A stretch of 63,688 nucleotides of DNA, the filler included. It is 5 parts of 5 records of this genome, joined end to end, with 100 filler letters (N's around TTAATTAATTAA, not from the genome) between each part and the next. Parts side by side here need not be neighbours in the genome. Positions count along the whole stretch, not along the records: positions 1 to 5,676 come from SRR2962707_2006; positions 5,777 to 19,585 come from SRR2962707_2009; 3 more parts are not named here. The stretch is one strand, 5' to 3'. Position 1 is the first letter of the stretch. The number at the start of each line of letters is the position of its first letter. The notes beneath the pieces are model-generated. The model saw only the letters and a program-made list of their open reading frames with translations, did no database searches and had not been told where the DNA came from. The position numbers were made by a program, and so were the translations under genes. This document shows, piece by piece, positions 1 to 9,729 of this stretch.

Positions 1-71
1 GCCATCCATGGCTCCGCACAGTTTTGGAAGAGAACCCCCAAACCCTCCCTCTGAATTTGGAGAATGATGTT

Positions 72-452
72 ATGGCTACAACTGCAGAACCGGTGAACGT
101 GCTGGGTGAGAAGTTGGAAATTTGTGGTACAGATCCGGAAACCGGGTTTTATCGGGATGGGTGTTGCAACACTGGCCCGGATGACCTGGGGGCCCACGTT
201 GTCTGTGCAGTCGTCACAGATGATTTTCTGGAATATTCAAGTGCTCAGGGTAACGATCTGAGTACACCAAGACCTGAATTTGGTTTCCCCGGTTTGAAAG
301 AAGGGGATTCCTGGTGCCTGTGTGCATCCCGCTGGCAGGAGGCGTTTGAGGCCGATAGTGCGCCGCGTGTGAAGTTGCGTGCGACGCATCGTTCAGCGTT
401 GAAGTATTCAAAGCTGGAAGATCTTAAACGTCACTCCGTGGATTTGAGCTGA
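72..452 (+). CDS. DUF2237 family protein
   Basis: Motifs TGFYRDGCC, HVVCA and WCLCASRW typical of DUF2237. ATG at 72 with GGAGA at 59-63 is preferred over the TTG at 24. Confidence 0.85.
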   Translation: MATTAEPVNVLGEKLEICGTDPETGFYRDGCCNTGPDDLGAHVVCAVVTDDFLEYSSAQGNDLSTPRPEFGFPGLKEGDSWCLCASRWQEAFEADSAPRVKLRATHRSALKYSKLEDLKRHSVDLS

Positions 453-456
453 GTGG

Positions 457-2598
457 ATGGCGGATCAAATCGGGCCTGATCTGGCCGGGTGGCAGGAGCT
501 GCAAGCCGGGTTGCGGGTTGCCGGACATCGGCGGTTGGTGGTTCTGGAAGGCGATCGGGCGGCTTCTCTTACGTGGCTGCGTGAACTTCTTCCAGCATTG
601 TCGATAGCGCCCGGCGTCTGGACTGGCCCGGTTGAGGATCAGCCGGAATCCTCGCTGACCTCGATCAAACCGGTCGAGGGACGTCGCTGGCTGGGGCAGG
701 AACTGGCTTGCGTGGTCTGGGATGGCTGGCGGGGGAATCCGCCGGACGGTTTTGCGGCGTTGTCGGGAACCCTCGCGGCCGGTGGTCTGTTTTTCTGGCT
801 GATGCCGAAGCTGGAAAACTGGGACGGTTTCGACGATCCGGATTACCGGCGTACCGGGTTGGACGGAGCCGGTCAGCATTCGTTTGCGGCTCGTCTGGCC
901 GGAGTTGTGGCCGGTAATCCCGATAGTATTCGTATCACCCCGTCTGTTGACCCTCAGCCGCCACTGCCAACGGCTGAACCACCCCGCGATGCCTTCCGGG
1001 TAGGCGCCACCGATGACCAGCGTGCGCTTGTGGAAGAGGTTGTTCGAACGGGGCTGGGGCGGCGTCGGCGACCGCTGGTGGTGACGGCGGACCGGGGGCG
1101 GGGTAAGTCTGCGGCTCTGGGCCTGTCGGCGGTTCGTCTTCTGAATGAAGGGCGGCGGCGCGTGGTTGTGACGGCGCCCGGGCCGGATGCGGTGAAAACA
1201 TTGTTTCACCACGCCCGCCTGGCCAGCGGGCAGGCCTCTGATCCTGACATGGGCACGGGCGATGTTGCGGTGGGCGATCAGGGGCGGCTGGAGTTCTGGC
1301 CCCTGGACCGGCTGCTTGCTGAAAAGCCGGAGGCGGAAGTGATCATGGTGGATGAAGCCGCCGCCGTACCGGCAGACCTGCTCAAGCGGATACTGCTGGG
1401 TTGGCCCAGGGTGATTTACGCTTCCACGGTGCACGGTTATGAAGGTTCCGGTAGAGGCTTTGCCATCCGTTTTCGCTCGGTGCTGGATGCCGAAACGCCT
1501 CACTGGCGCAACACATCGCTTACGGCGCCCATACGATGGTCTGCCTCTGACCCCCTGGAGCCGTTGACGCGTCGGATGTTTTTGCTGGATGCCCCGGCAC
1601 CACCCGTCAGTGATGACGAAGTGAATATCGCCGTTGAACGCTGGAACCCGGGTACCGCAGAAGACAGTGAATTGGAGGAGGCCTTCGGTTTGCTGGTGGA
1701 TGCCCACTACCGAACCTCACCCGGTGACTTGCGCCAGTGGATGGACGATCCGGCCGCGGTGAGTTGGCGCCTGACCCGGGGTGGTGTTCTGGTCGGCGTG
1801 CTATGGGCGACGGTGGAAGGGGGGCTGGACAGCGAGCTTGCAGAGCAGGTCATGTTGGGCAAGCGCCGCTTGCGGGGGCATCTCTTGCCCCAGTCCCTGG
1901 CGACCCACAGTGGATTTGCCGAAGCAGCCTGCCAGAGTCTGTTGCGCATCGTGCGGATTGCCGTGAGTGCCGAGGTTCGCGGTGAGGGGCTGGGGCAGAC
2001 ACTGGTGGCGGCTGCAAATGATTATGCGTGCAAGCAGGGGCTGGACGGTATCGGTACCAGTTTCGGCGGTAACGCCGGGTTGTTGTTGTTCTGGCAGCGG
2101 TGCGGGTTGGAGCCGGTTCGGCTCGGGCTGAAGCGCGAAGCCAGCAGCGGCGAGTATCCCCTGCAGTTGCTTGCCGGGGTGTCTGCGCAAGGTAAGGCGC
2201 TGACAGACCATTTGCGTGGCAGGTTGACGGAGCACTGGCTCACCCTCGTGCCGCGCAACTGGATAGACGCAGAGCCGGAGTTGATTCTGCGGATAACCTG
2301 CGGCCTTCCCGCTGACAGACCGCTCAATGAGGATGATTTCAGGGACCTGCACAGTTTTGCCCATGGCTATCGGGGCTTCGATCTGGCCTTGCCGGTACTG
2401 AGACGGCTGTCATTGCAGGCAGGCGTCGTCAACGGGATGGCCGGCGAACGTTTGCGCTCCCTCTGGGCCAGGGCGGTGCTACAGGGTTGGTCGTGGCCCG
2501 AGTTGCAGGCGAACGGTGAATGCGTGGGCCGGGAGGCAGGCGAAGCGGAATTGCGCTCTCTGGTGGGCGATATTTTGCAGAACCGGCCGGACTTGTGA
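457..2598 (+). CDS. tmcA: tRNA(Met) cytidine acetyltransferase TmcA
   Basis: Helicase-like motifs TADRGRGKS, VDEAA and STVHGYEGSGRGF, AHYRTSPGDL, then a GNAT domain (RIVRIAV...RGEGLG, GTSFG). Confidence 0.93.
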   Translation: MADQIGPDLAGWQELQAGLRVAGHRRLVVLEGDRAASLTWLRELLPALSIAPGVWTGPVEDQPESSLTSIKPVEGRRWLGQELACVVWDGWRGNPPDGFAALSGTLAAGGLFFWLMPKLENWDGFDDPDYRRTGLDGAGQHSFAARLAGVVAGNPDSIRITPSVDPQPPLPTAEPPRDAFRVGATDDQRALVEEVVRTGLGRRRRPLVVTADRGRGKSAALGLSAVRLLNEGRRRVVVTAPGPDAVKTLFHHARLASGQASDPDMGTGDVAVGDQGRLEFWPLDRLLAEKPEAEVIMVDEAAAVPADLLKRILLGWPRVIYASTVHGYEGSGRGFAIRFRSVLDAETPHWRNTSLTAPIRWSASDPLEPLTRRMFLLDAPAPPVSDDEVNIAVERWNPGTAEDSELEEAFGLLVDAHYRTSPGDLRQWMDDPAAVSWRLTRGGVLVGVLWATVEGGLDSELAEQVMLGKRRLRGHLLPQSLATHSGFAEAACQSLLRIVRIAVSAEVRGEGLGQTLVAAANDYACKQGLDGIGTSFGGNAGLLLFWQRCGLEPVRLGLKREASSGEYPLQLLAGVSAQGKALTDHLRGRLTEHWLTLVPRNWIDAEPELILRITCGLPADRPLNEDDFRDLHSFAHGYRGFDLALPVLRRLSLQAGVVNGMAGERLRSLWARAVLQGWSWPELQANGECVGREAGEAELRSLVGDILQNRPDL

Positions 2599-2671
2599 AC
2601 CGCTCGCTTTCATTGCCGCCGACGACTGACCAGAATATCCGCAAAAATAAATCAACAGAGACTGAATCACC

Positions 2672-3367
2672 ATGGCCCAGGGAACCGGCACCATCCTCGT
2701 GAGATTTCTGGCCGTCCTGGTCGCAAGCGCGCTGATGACAGCGTGTGCGACGAGCACAGATCCATCCAACCTTGAGCAGCGCCGTGCGTCGGTGGCGGAT
2801 ACGCCGTTGATGGCGGCGGTCAGCAACGGAAACCTTGAACAAACCAAGTCGCTTGCAGCCTCTGGCATGTCCTTGAACACACTGACCGAGGCCGGCACAC
2901 CGCTCTCGGCGGCGGTCAGGGCGGGCGAGGACCGAATTGTCTGGTTCCTGCTCAGCGAAGGTGCAGCGCCGGACCTGGCCACGGCAAGTGGTGTCACGCC
3001 ACTGATGATCGCCTCAGGGGATGGCCATCGGCGGATCGTGCAACTGTTGTTGTCGGCCGGCGCCAGCGTAAATGCATCGGACGGCGAGGGTACAACGCCG
3101 GTGATCCGCGCCGCCCGTAACGGTCATCTTTCCGTGGTGAAAGTACTGTTGGCCGCCGGGGCGAACGTCAATGTGAATCAGGGTGGCCACTCGCTGCTGA
3201 TGCACATTGTCGAAGGCGGGGATTTACTGACCGCCGAGATGCTGCTGGCGGCGGGTGCAGACGTCAACTATCGCGGTAGCGATGGGCGAACGGCTCTGGA
3301 TCTGGCGCGTGCCAGCAACAACCGGGATATCGAGATGTTGCTGATCCAGGCCGGCGCCGAGCTATGA
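2672..3367 (+). CDS. Ankyrin-repeat lipoprotein
   Basis: Signal peptide with lipobox LMTA-C (Cys25), followed by about five to six ankyrin repeats (TPLMAA, TPLSAA, TPLMIA...LLSAGASVN, LLAAGANVN, LLAAGADVN). Confidence 0.88.
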   Translation: MAQGTGTILVRFLAVLVASALMTACATSTDPSNLEQRRASVADTPLMAAVSNGNLEQTKSLAASGMSLNTLTEAGTPLSAAVRAGEDRIVWFLLSEGAAPDLATASGVTPLMIASGDGHRRIVQLLLSAGASVNASDGEGTTPVIRAARNGHLSVVKVLLAAGANVNVNQGGHSLLMHIVEGGDLLTAEMLLAAGADVNYRGSDGRTALDLARASNNRDIEMLLIQAGAEL

Positions 3368-3385
3368 TGCGGGCTTGCGGCCCGT

Positions 3386-4489
3386 TCAGCTCAGTGCCAT
3401 GGGGTCGTTGCTGTCGTCCAGTTCCGGCTCGAAGTGTTCTTCAACCACTGTGTCGGGCACGTCGCTGACGCTCGGGAATGACCAGGTGGGCTTGTGATCC
3501 TTGTCGATCAGCCTGGCTCTGATACCCTCCCGCAAATCTGGCCGCTGGGTGCAGCGGGCGGCCATGGTGTATTCCATCCGGAAGACGTCCTTCAGTGACA
3601 TTTGCTGTGCCTTCTTTAGCTGGGTCCAGACCAGCCAGGCGGTAACCGGGCAGCCGCCGCGCAGGTTTTTCACACAGCCTTGCCACCAGTCGCTGTCGAT
3701 CTCCGCCGCCAGGAGATTTTCAACAATGGCCGGGAGTTCATCGCCTGCGCTGAGCCTGGCGATGTCCTGCTCATGGCGCGCCAGTTCACTGGCTGGCAGT
3801 GCCCGGTAGTCCGGATGCTCAAGTTGCTTGACGAGCCGGAACAGGCGGTTGTCATCAGCCGCTGATTCACCGGTCCAGCGCTCCTCCTTCAACCGCTCGA
3901 TCAATGATTCCACCTGATCTGGCAGGATGGCCATATCGGCCAGGCCAACCCTCAACGCGTCAGAGACGTTCAGCCGCGCTCCGGTCAGCCCCATGAACAG
4001 ACCGATGCGGCCTGGCAGCCGATTGAGGAACCAGCTTGCACCAACATCGGGAAACAGGCCTATGGTGATCTCGGGCATGGCCAATGTGACATCGGGCGTT
4101 ACCAGGCGGTAGCGGCAGGCGGAGAAAATGCCAAGCCCACCGCCCATCACCACGCCGTGGCCAATGGCGATCACCGGCTTGGGGAAGCAGTGAATGGTAT
4201 AGTCCAGGCGATACTCACTGGCAAAGAACTCGGCCGGTGCGTCCGGATCTTCGTCGCCGGACAGGGCGCCATAAAGTTCGCGGATATTACCGCCCGCGCA
4301 GAACGCACGTTCACCAGCGCCGCGGAAAATAACCAGGCTGATGTGGTCAGCGTCGGCCCACTGATCCAGTACGGCCTGGGTTTCGTGGATCATCGACGCG
4401 GACAGGGCGTTCAGAGTGGCCGGTGAATCCAGGGTGATCAGGCCGATGTTGCCTTCCCTGCACGCGATTTCCTGAACCTGAATGGGCAT
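3386..4489 (-). CDS. Enoyl-CoA hydratase/isomerase family protein, 3-hydroxyisobutyryl-CoA hydrolase-like
   Basis: AFCAGGNI, GVVMGGG, MPEITIGLFPDVG and EGIRARLIDKDHKPTW motifs. Confidence 0.88.
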   Translation of the reverse strand: MPIQVQEIACREGNIGLITLDSPATLNALSASMIHETQAVLDQWADADHISLVIFRGAGERAFCAGGNIRELYGALSGDEDPDAPAEFFASEYRLDYTIHCFPKPVIAIGHGVVMGGGLGIFSACRYRLVTPDVTLAMPEITIGLFPDVGASWFLNRLPGRIGLFMGLTGARLNVSDALRVGLADMAILPDQVESLIERLKEERWTGESAADDNRLFRLVKQLEHPDYRALPASELARHEQDIARLSAGDELPAIVENLLAAEIDSDWWQGCVKNLRGGCPVTAWLVWTQLKKAQQMSLKDVFRMEYTMAARCTQRPDLREGIRARLIDKDHKPTWSFPSVSDVPDTVVEEHFEPELDDSNDPMALS

Positions 4490-4625
4490 GTCGACTTCTC
4501 CGCATCGAATGGGGTGATTATTGATCCATCACATTTGAGCTTTTTTTTTGCTGTGCTATAAGTTCGGTCAGAGTTCGCACCGGCAGGATCCTGTCGGGCT
4601 ATAAAACGATGAGAGGGTAAAACCA

Positions 4626-4964
4626 ATGAGACTGAAATACCACACCCTGGCCGCCGTGTTCGTGTTGGGGGCTGCCGCTCCCGCCGTTACCATCGCCGCT
4701 GGTGATGCTGAGGCCGGTAAAGCCAAGGCCGCCGTGTGCGCAGCCTGCCATGGCAAGAATGGCATCGCGGCCATTCCGGGTTACCCCAACCTGGCAGGAC
4801 AGAACGAACAATACCTCGTGTCTTCGCTCAAGGCGTACAAGAACAAGCAGCGCAACGGTGGCCAGGCCGCCATCATGCAGGGCCAGGCGGCGGGCCTCAG
4901 CGATGAGGACATTGCCAACCTGGCCGCTTATTACGCCAGCCTTCCGGCGGATGGTGGGGAATAA
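4626..4964 (+). CDS. Periplasmic class I monoheme cytochrome c
   Basis: Signal peptide, CAACH heme-binding motif, YPNLAGQ, distal Met (IMQGQ) and [22 protein letters not shown] upstream. Confidence 0.93.
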   Translation: MRLKYHTLAAVFVLGAAAPAVTIAAGDAEAGKAKAAVCAACHGKNGIAAIPGYPNLAGQNEQYLVSSLKAYKNKQRNGGQAAIMQGQAAGLSDEDIANLAAYYASLPADGGE

Positions 4965-4976
4965 TCCCCATCACCG

Positions 4977-5676
4977 TCAGGACGTGGCAGGCGTTGCTTC
5001 GCTGATAATCCGGTAACTGGGTTCGTAAGCGCCGGAACCGGGTAACTTCATCCGGTCCTGGGCAACGAACTCTTTCAACATCGCTTCCAGGGGTGCCAGT
5101 AGCTCCGGATCGCCGGAAATTTCAAATGGCCCCTTGGCTTGCACGTGGCGTATGCCGCTTTCCTTGACGTTGCCGGCGACGATGCCACTGAACGCCTTGC
5201 GCAGATTCGCGGCAATCAGGTGAACCGGCTGGTCACGGTGTAGCGCCAGCGCCCGCATGCTTTTATGGGTGGGCTCGAACGGCATCTGGAACACCGGGTC
5301 GATCTTCAGCATCCAGTTGAAATAGTAGGCGTCCTGCATGGCCCGGCGGAAGGTTTCCACATCCTTCATGCCCTGTTTCATCGTGCGGGCGACTTTGTCC
5401 GGGTCGTCGATGATGATTTCGTACTTGCTGGCGGCTTCATCGCCCAGCGCGTTGCGAATGAACTGGTCGATCATCTCGAAGTATTCCGCGTTTTCCTGCT
5501 GGCCGGTAAAGACCACCGGGAAGGGCAGGTCGGCGTTGTCCGGGTGGAGCAGGATGCCGAGCAGATAGAGGATTTCCTCTGCGGTACCCACACCACCGGG
5601 GAACACAATCACGCCGTGGCCTGTCCGAACGAAGGCTTCGAGGCGTTTCTCGATATCCGGCATGATCACCAGCTCG
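4977..5676 (-). CDS. ppnN: Nucleotide 5'-monophosphate nucleosidase PpnN/YgdH (LOG family), 5'-truncated at the contig end
   Basis: MPDIEKRLEAFVR, FPGGVGTAEE (LOG-like PGGxGT), NLRKAFSGIVAGNVK and RMKLPG motifs. Confidence 0.88.
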
Positions 5677-5776
5677 NNNNNNNNNNNNNNNNNNNNNNNN
5701 NNNNNNNNNNNNNNNNNNNNTTAATTAATTAANNNNNNNNNNNNNNNNNNNNNNNNNNNNNNNNNNNNNNNNNNNN
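5677..5776. other. Artificial contig spacer (N44-TTAATTAATTAA-N44)
   Basis: N runs around a palindrome with stops in all six frames. Genes on both sides are truncated. Confidence 0.99.
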
Positions 5777-6449
5777 CCGCTACGGCGACAACGACCGGCT
5801 TGCCGCGCGGGTCGCGAGCATGGTCTCAGCCGACTGCCTCGTGCTGCTTTCCGATGTCGACGGACTTTACACCGCGCCGCCGCACCTGCCCGGCGCTGAG
5901 CATCTGGCCGAAGTGACCGAGATCACACCCGAGATCGAGGCGATGGCGGGCGACGCCGCCAGCATCTATTCGCGCGGCGGGATGAAGACGAAAATCGCCG
6001 CCGCCCGCATCGCGACCGAAGGTGGCGCACGCATGGCGATTGCCAATGGCCGCTCGTTGCACCCGTTGAAGGCGATGGAGGACGGCGCGCGCTGCACCTG
6101 GTTTGCGGCGCACACGACACCCGTTGCCTCCCGCAAGCGCTGGATCTCTGGCTCTCTGAAAAGCCTCGGCACCATCACCATCGATGAGGGCGCGGTGAAG
6201 GCGTTGATGGGTGGACGAAGCCTGCTCCCTGCGGGCATCACCGCGATCGACGGCGAGTTCGGGCGAGGCGACGCCGTGACCGTACGTGACGGCGAGGGAC
6301 ACGAGATCGCACGCGGCCTCAGCGCCTATGCGAGCGAGGATGCGCGCGCCATCATGGGCCATTCGAGCCACGAAACAGAAGAATTGCTCGGCTATTCAGG
6401 CCGCGCCGAGATGATCCACCGGGACGATCTGGTGTTGAAAAAGCCGTGA
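5777..6449 (+). CDS. proB: Glutamate 5-kinase, 5'-truncated
   Basis: YGDNDRLAA at the contig start, [19 protein letters not shown] and a C-terminal PUA domain (SLLPAGI...HRDDLVL). Directly upstream of proA. Confidence 0.95.
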
Positions 6450-6481
6450 AAGCCGGACGCACCGGCCCCATATGAGGGCAG

Positions 6482-6509
6482 CCGGACGGCATTGACCGGA
6501 CGGCATTGA
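6482..6509 (+). repeat. Perfect 14-bp tandem duplication CCGGACGGCATTGA x2 between proB and proA
   Basis: Read directly at 6482-6495 and 6496-6509. Confidence 0.9.
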
Positions 6510-6558
6510 AACGGCCACCGCCGCCTGAAATACTGAGGCGGCCTATCGCAAGAGACAG

Positions 6559-7857
6559 GTGACGCAAGTGAGCATCGTGAAACTGAACGCCGAACGGACG
6601 GATGTCGCGGCCTTGATGGCAGGGATCGGCACCAAGGCGCGTGAAGCAGCGACGGCACTGGCGCTCGCCCCGACCAAGCAGAAGGACGCGGCCCTGCTCG
6701 CCGCCGCCATGTGCGTGCGCGCCAACGTCGACGACATCCTGACGGCGAATGCAGAAGATGTGGCGGACGCCCTGAAGAACGGCACCGCCCCGTCCATGAT
6801 CGACCGGCTGACGCTCGACACGAAGCGTGTCGAAGCGATTGCAAGGGCGCTGGAAGAAATCGCGGGCCTCGCCGATCCGGTCGGCTCGAAGATCACCGAA
6901 TGGGACCGCCCCAACGGACTTCACATCGAGCGCGTGCGCGTGCCCCTGGGCGTCATCGGCATCATCTATGAGAGCCGTCCCAATGTGACGGCGGATGCGG
7001 GCGCGCTGTGCCTGAAGGCGGGCAACGCCGCAATCCTGCGCGGCGGCTCGGAAGCCTCGCGCTCCAACAAGGCGATCCATGAGGCGCTTGTCGAAGGCAT
7101 CCTCGCCGCGAACCTGCCCGAAGCCTCGATCCAGCTCGTGCCCACAACGGATCGCGGTGCGGTTGGTGAAATGCTGAAGGGCCTCGGCGGCAATCTCGAC
7201 GTGATCGTGCCGCGCGGCGGCAAGAGTCTTGTCGCGCGCGTGCAGGAAGAGGCGCGCGTGCCCGTCTTCGCGCATCTCGAAGGCGTCTGCCACGTCTATG
7301 TCGACGGCGAAGCCGATCTCGACATGGCGCGCAACATCGTGCTGAACGCGAAGCTCCGACGCACGGGAATTTGCGGCGCGGCGGAAACGCTGCTGATCGA
7401 CGAAGCCTGCGCGGCAACGCATCTGCAGCCTCTCGTCGCGGCGCTGATCGCGGAGGGCTGCGAAGTACGCGGCGACGCGTTCACGCAGAAGACGGACACG
7501 CGCGTGAAGCCTGCTACGGAAGAAGACTGGTACACCGAATATCTCGACGCGATCATTGCGGTGCGCGTCGTGAAAGGCGCCGGCGAGGCGATGGCGCATA
7601 TTGCGAAATACGGCTCGCACCACACCGAATGCATCGTGACCGCGAACCGGAAAACCGCAGATCGCTTCTTCGCCGAAGTGGACAGCGCGATCCTGCTCCA
7701 TAACGCCTCGACGCAATTCGCCGATGGCGGCGAATTCGGCATGGGCGCGGAAATCGGTATTGCCACCGGCAAGTTCCATGCGCGCGGACCGGTCGGCGTC
7801 GAGCAATTGACGGGCTTCAAATATCTGGTGCGCGGCAGCGGTCAGGTCAGACCCTGA
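6559..7857 (+). CDS. proA: Gamma-glutamyl phosphate reductase
   Basis: [24 protein letters not shown], catalytic [37 protein letters not shown]. Confidence 0.97.
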   Translation: MTQVSIVKLNAERTDVAALMAGIGTKAREAATALALAPTKQKDAALLAAAMCVRANVDDILTANAEDVADALKNGTAPSMIDRLTLDTKRVEAIARALEEIAGLADPVGSKITEWDRPNGLHIERVRVPLGVIGIIYESRPNVTADAGALCLKAGNAAILRGGSEASRSNKAIHEALVEGILAANLPEASIQLVPTTDRGAVGEMLKGLGGNLDVIVPRGGKSLVARVQEEARVPVFAHLEGVCHVYVDGEADLDMARNIVLNAKLRRTGICGAAETLLIDEACAATHLQPLVAALIAEGCEVRGDAFTQKTDTRVKPATEEDWYTEYLDAIIAVRVVKGAGEAMAHIAKYGSHHTECIVTANRKTADRFFAEVDSAILLHNASTQFADGGEFGMGAEIGIATGKFHARGPVGVEQLTGFKYLVRGSGQVRP

Positions 7858-7858
7858 C

Positions 7859-8458
7859 ATGCGGCGGGAATTGCTGACGCCGGGACTGAAGGTCGGGCTG
7901 CTTGGCGGCTCCTTCAATCCCGCGCATGACGGCCATCTCCACATCACGAAGATGTGCCTCAAGGCGCTCGGTCTCGACCGCGTGTGGTGGCTCGTTTCGC
8001 CGGGCAATCCGCTGAAGCCGGAAAAAGGCATGGCGCCTTTCGCGGAGCGTTTCGCCTCCGCATGCGCCGTGGCGCGCGATCCGCGCATTACAGTCAGCGA
8101 CATCGAAACACGGCTCGGCACGCGCTATACGGCGGACACGCTCATGGAACTTACCGGACGCTTCCCGGATGTGCGTTTCGTCTGGCTGATGGGCGCAGAC
8201 AACATGCTGCAGTTTCCCAAATGGCGGAACTGGCGGAAAATTGCGGAAACCGTGCCGATTGCCGTTTATCCGCGACCCGGCTACACGCTGAAGGCGCGGC
8301 TTTCCCCGGCGGCGATGTCGTTCGGTGAGGCAACGCTCGACACGAGCGACGCTTCCCTCCTGCCCTATCTCGCACCGCCCGCGCTCGCTTTCCTGACAGG
8401 CCCGGAGAGCAGGCGTTCCGCAACGGAAATCCGGGCGCGCGGGAAACGGCTCGCCTGA
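7859..8458 (+). CDS. nadD: Nicotinate-nucleotide adenylyltransferase
   Basis: GGSFNPAHDGH (HxGH), WLMGADN and SATEIR. Conserved proA-nadD-rsfS-rlmH order. Confidence 0.95.
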   Translation: MRRELLTPGLKVGLLGGSFNPAHDGHLHITKMCLKALGLDRVWWLVSPGNPLKPEKGMAPFAERFASACAVARDPRITVSDIETRLGTRYTADTLMELTGRFPDVRFVWLMGADNMLQFPKWRNWRKIAETVPIAVYPRPGYTLKARLSPAAMSFGEATLDTSDASLLPYLAPPALAFLTGPESRRSATEIRARGKRLA

Positions 8459-8592
8459 CCAAAGCCGTCATCGAAGCGTCGGAATCCGGTCATTGAATTG
8501 AGGCCGCCGCAGTCCTATTCTTTCTGTTGTGGCGGCAATTTTCATATGCCCCACAGGTAGAGGTGCAGTACGCGAAACCAAGGAGTGTGTTC

Positions 8593-9051
8593 CTGAGCAG
8601 ACAATCACAGGACCTCAAGGTCCAGCAACGGCCCGGCAGGGCAAAGCCCGCCAGGGTAAGTGAAAAGGCCACCGCGCAGACGACGGCGCAGAGGGCCGAT
8701 ACCGGCAAGTCTTCCGGGATGCTCGCTCTCGTGCTCGAGAGCCTGGAGGAAGACAAGGCCGAAGAAGTGGTTTCCATCGATCTGACCGGAAAGACACCCA
8801 TCGCCGACCATATGGTGGTCGCGAGCGGGCGGTCGCAGCGCCATGTCGGCGCGGTGGCCGACCATCTCGTGCGCCGCCTGAAGGAGGCCGGGTTCGGCAC
8901 GTCGCAGGTCGAGGGAATGAAACAGGGCGACTGGGTGCTCATCGATGGCGGCGACGTGGTGGTCCACGTGTTCCGCCCCGAAGTGCGCGAGTTCTACAGG
9001 CTGGAGAAGATGTGGTCTGCCGATATACCGGCCGACCAGTTGGCTGTCTGA
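8593..9051 (+). CDS. rsfS: Ribosome silencing factor RsfS (Iojap); start uncertain
   Basis: DKAEEVVSIDL, VASGRSQRHV and WVLIDGGDVVVHVFRPEVREFYRLEKMW. Start placed at the in-frame CTG 7 nt after AGGAG (8581-8585); ATG 8719 is an alternative. Confidence 0.93.
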   Translation: MSRQSQDLKVQQRPGRAKPARVSEKATAQTTAQRADTGKSSGMLALVLESLEEDKAEEVVSIDLTGKTPIADHMVVASGRSQRHVGAVADHLVRRLKEAGFGTSQVEGMKQGDWVLIDGGDVVVHVFRPEVREFYRLEKMWSADIPADQLAV

Positions 9052-9130
9052 GGCTATAGCTCCCTCAGGCGAAGCCCGCGCTTCTCCCCGTCTCCGCTGA
9101 AGGTAGCCGGCCTTGCCGGACGGGGGAATT

Positions 9131-9613
9131 ATGCGCGTTCAGATCTGCGCCGTGGGACGGCTGAAAGCCGGGCCCGAAAAGCTTCTTGTTGGCGAGTACA
9201 TGACGCGCCTCGATGCGGCCGGACGGGCGCTCGGCATTTCCGCGCTGCCTGTCGCCGAAGTCGAGGAAAAGCGGAAGCTCGATGCGCCCGCGCTGATGAT
9301 GCGAGAGGCGGAACTTCTGCTCGGCGCGGCGGCAAAAGGGGCGACAATCGTCGCCCTCGACGAGCGCGGGAAAACCGAAAGCAGCGAAGCCTTCGCCAAA
9401 AGACTGGGGAACTGGCGCGACACCGGCGTTGCCGACATCGCCTTCGTCATCGGCGGCGCGAACGGGCTCGCACCCGAGATACGCGAGAAAGCCGCGCATA
9501 TCATGGCGTTCGGCGCGATGACATGGCCGCATATGCTCGCGCGCGCAATGCTTGCCGAGCAGCTCTATCGTGCCATTACGATACTCTCCGGCCACCCTTA
9601 TCATCGCGCCTGA
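9131..9613 (+). CDS. rlmH: 23S rRNA pseudouridine1915-N3-methyltransferase
   Basis: [16 protein letters not shown] and [33 protein letters not shown] 9131 with GGGGGA RBS. Confidence 0.96.
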   Translation: MRVQICAVGRLKAGPEKLLVGEYMTRLDAAGRALGISALPVAEVEEKRKLDAPALMMREAELLLGAAAKGATIVALDERGKTESSEAFAKRLGNWRDTGVADIAFVIGGANGLAPEIREKAAHIMAFGAMTWPHMLARAMLAEQLYRAITILSGHPYHRA

Positions 9614-9729
9614 ACGCAACCCGCCCTACGCAAGTGGACACCTCGTGACGCTTGCACTAGGTTTCGATTTCATGCGCCGAGGGCGCGCCGATTCGAGCCT
9701 CGTTTAGCTCGCGGAACTTCAAGATCATC

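Noticed and set aside
424-1707. 427-aa minus-strand ORF, and similar long shadows (6352-8121, 11888-13063, 13334-14563, 29557-30636, 34190-35704, 36456-37565, 44504-45778)
   Set aside because: They are antisense to well-supported genes in high-GC DNA and have no recognisable motifs.
4514-4534. Possible FNR box upstream of the cytochrome c gene
   Set aside because: TTGAT is present but the second half-site does not match ATCAA at the required 4-nt spacing.
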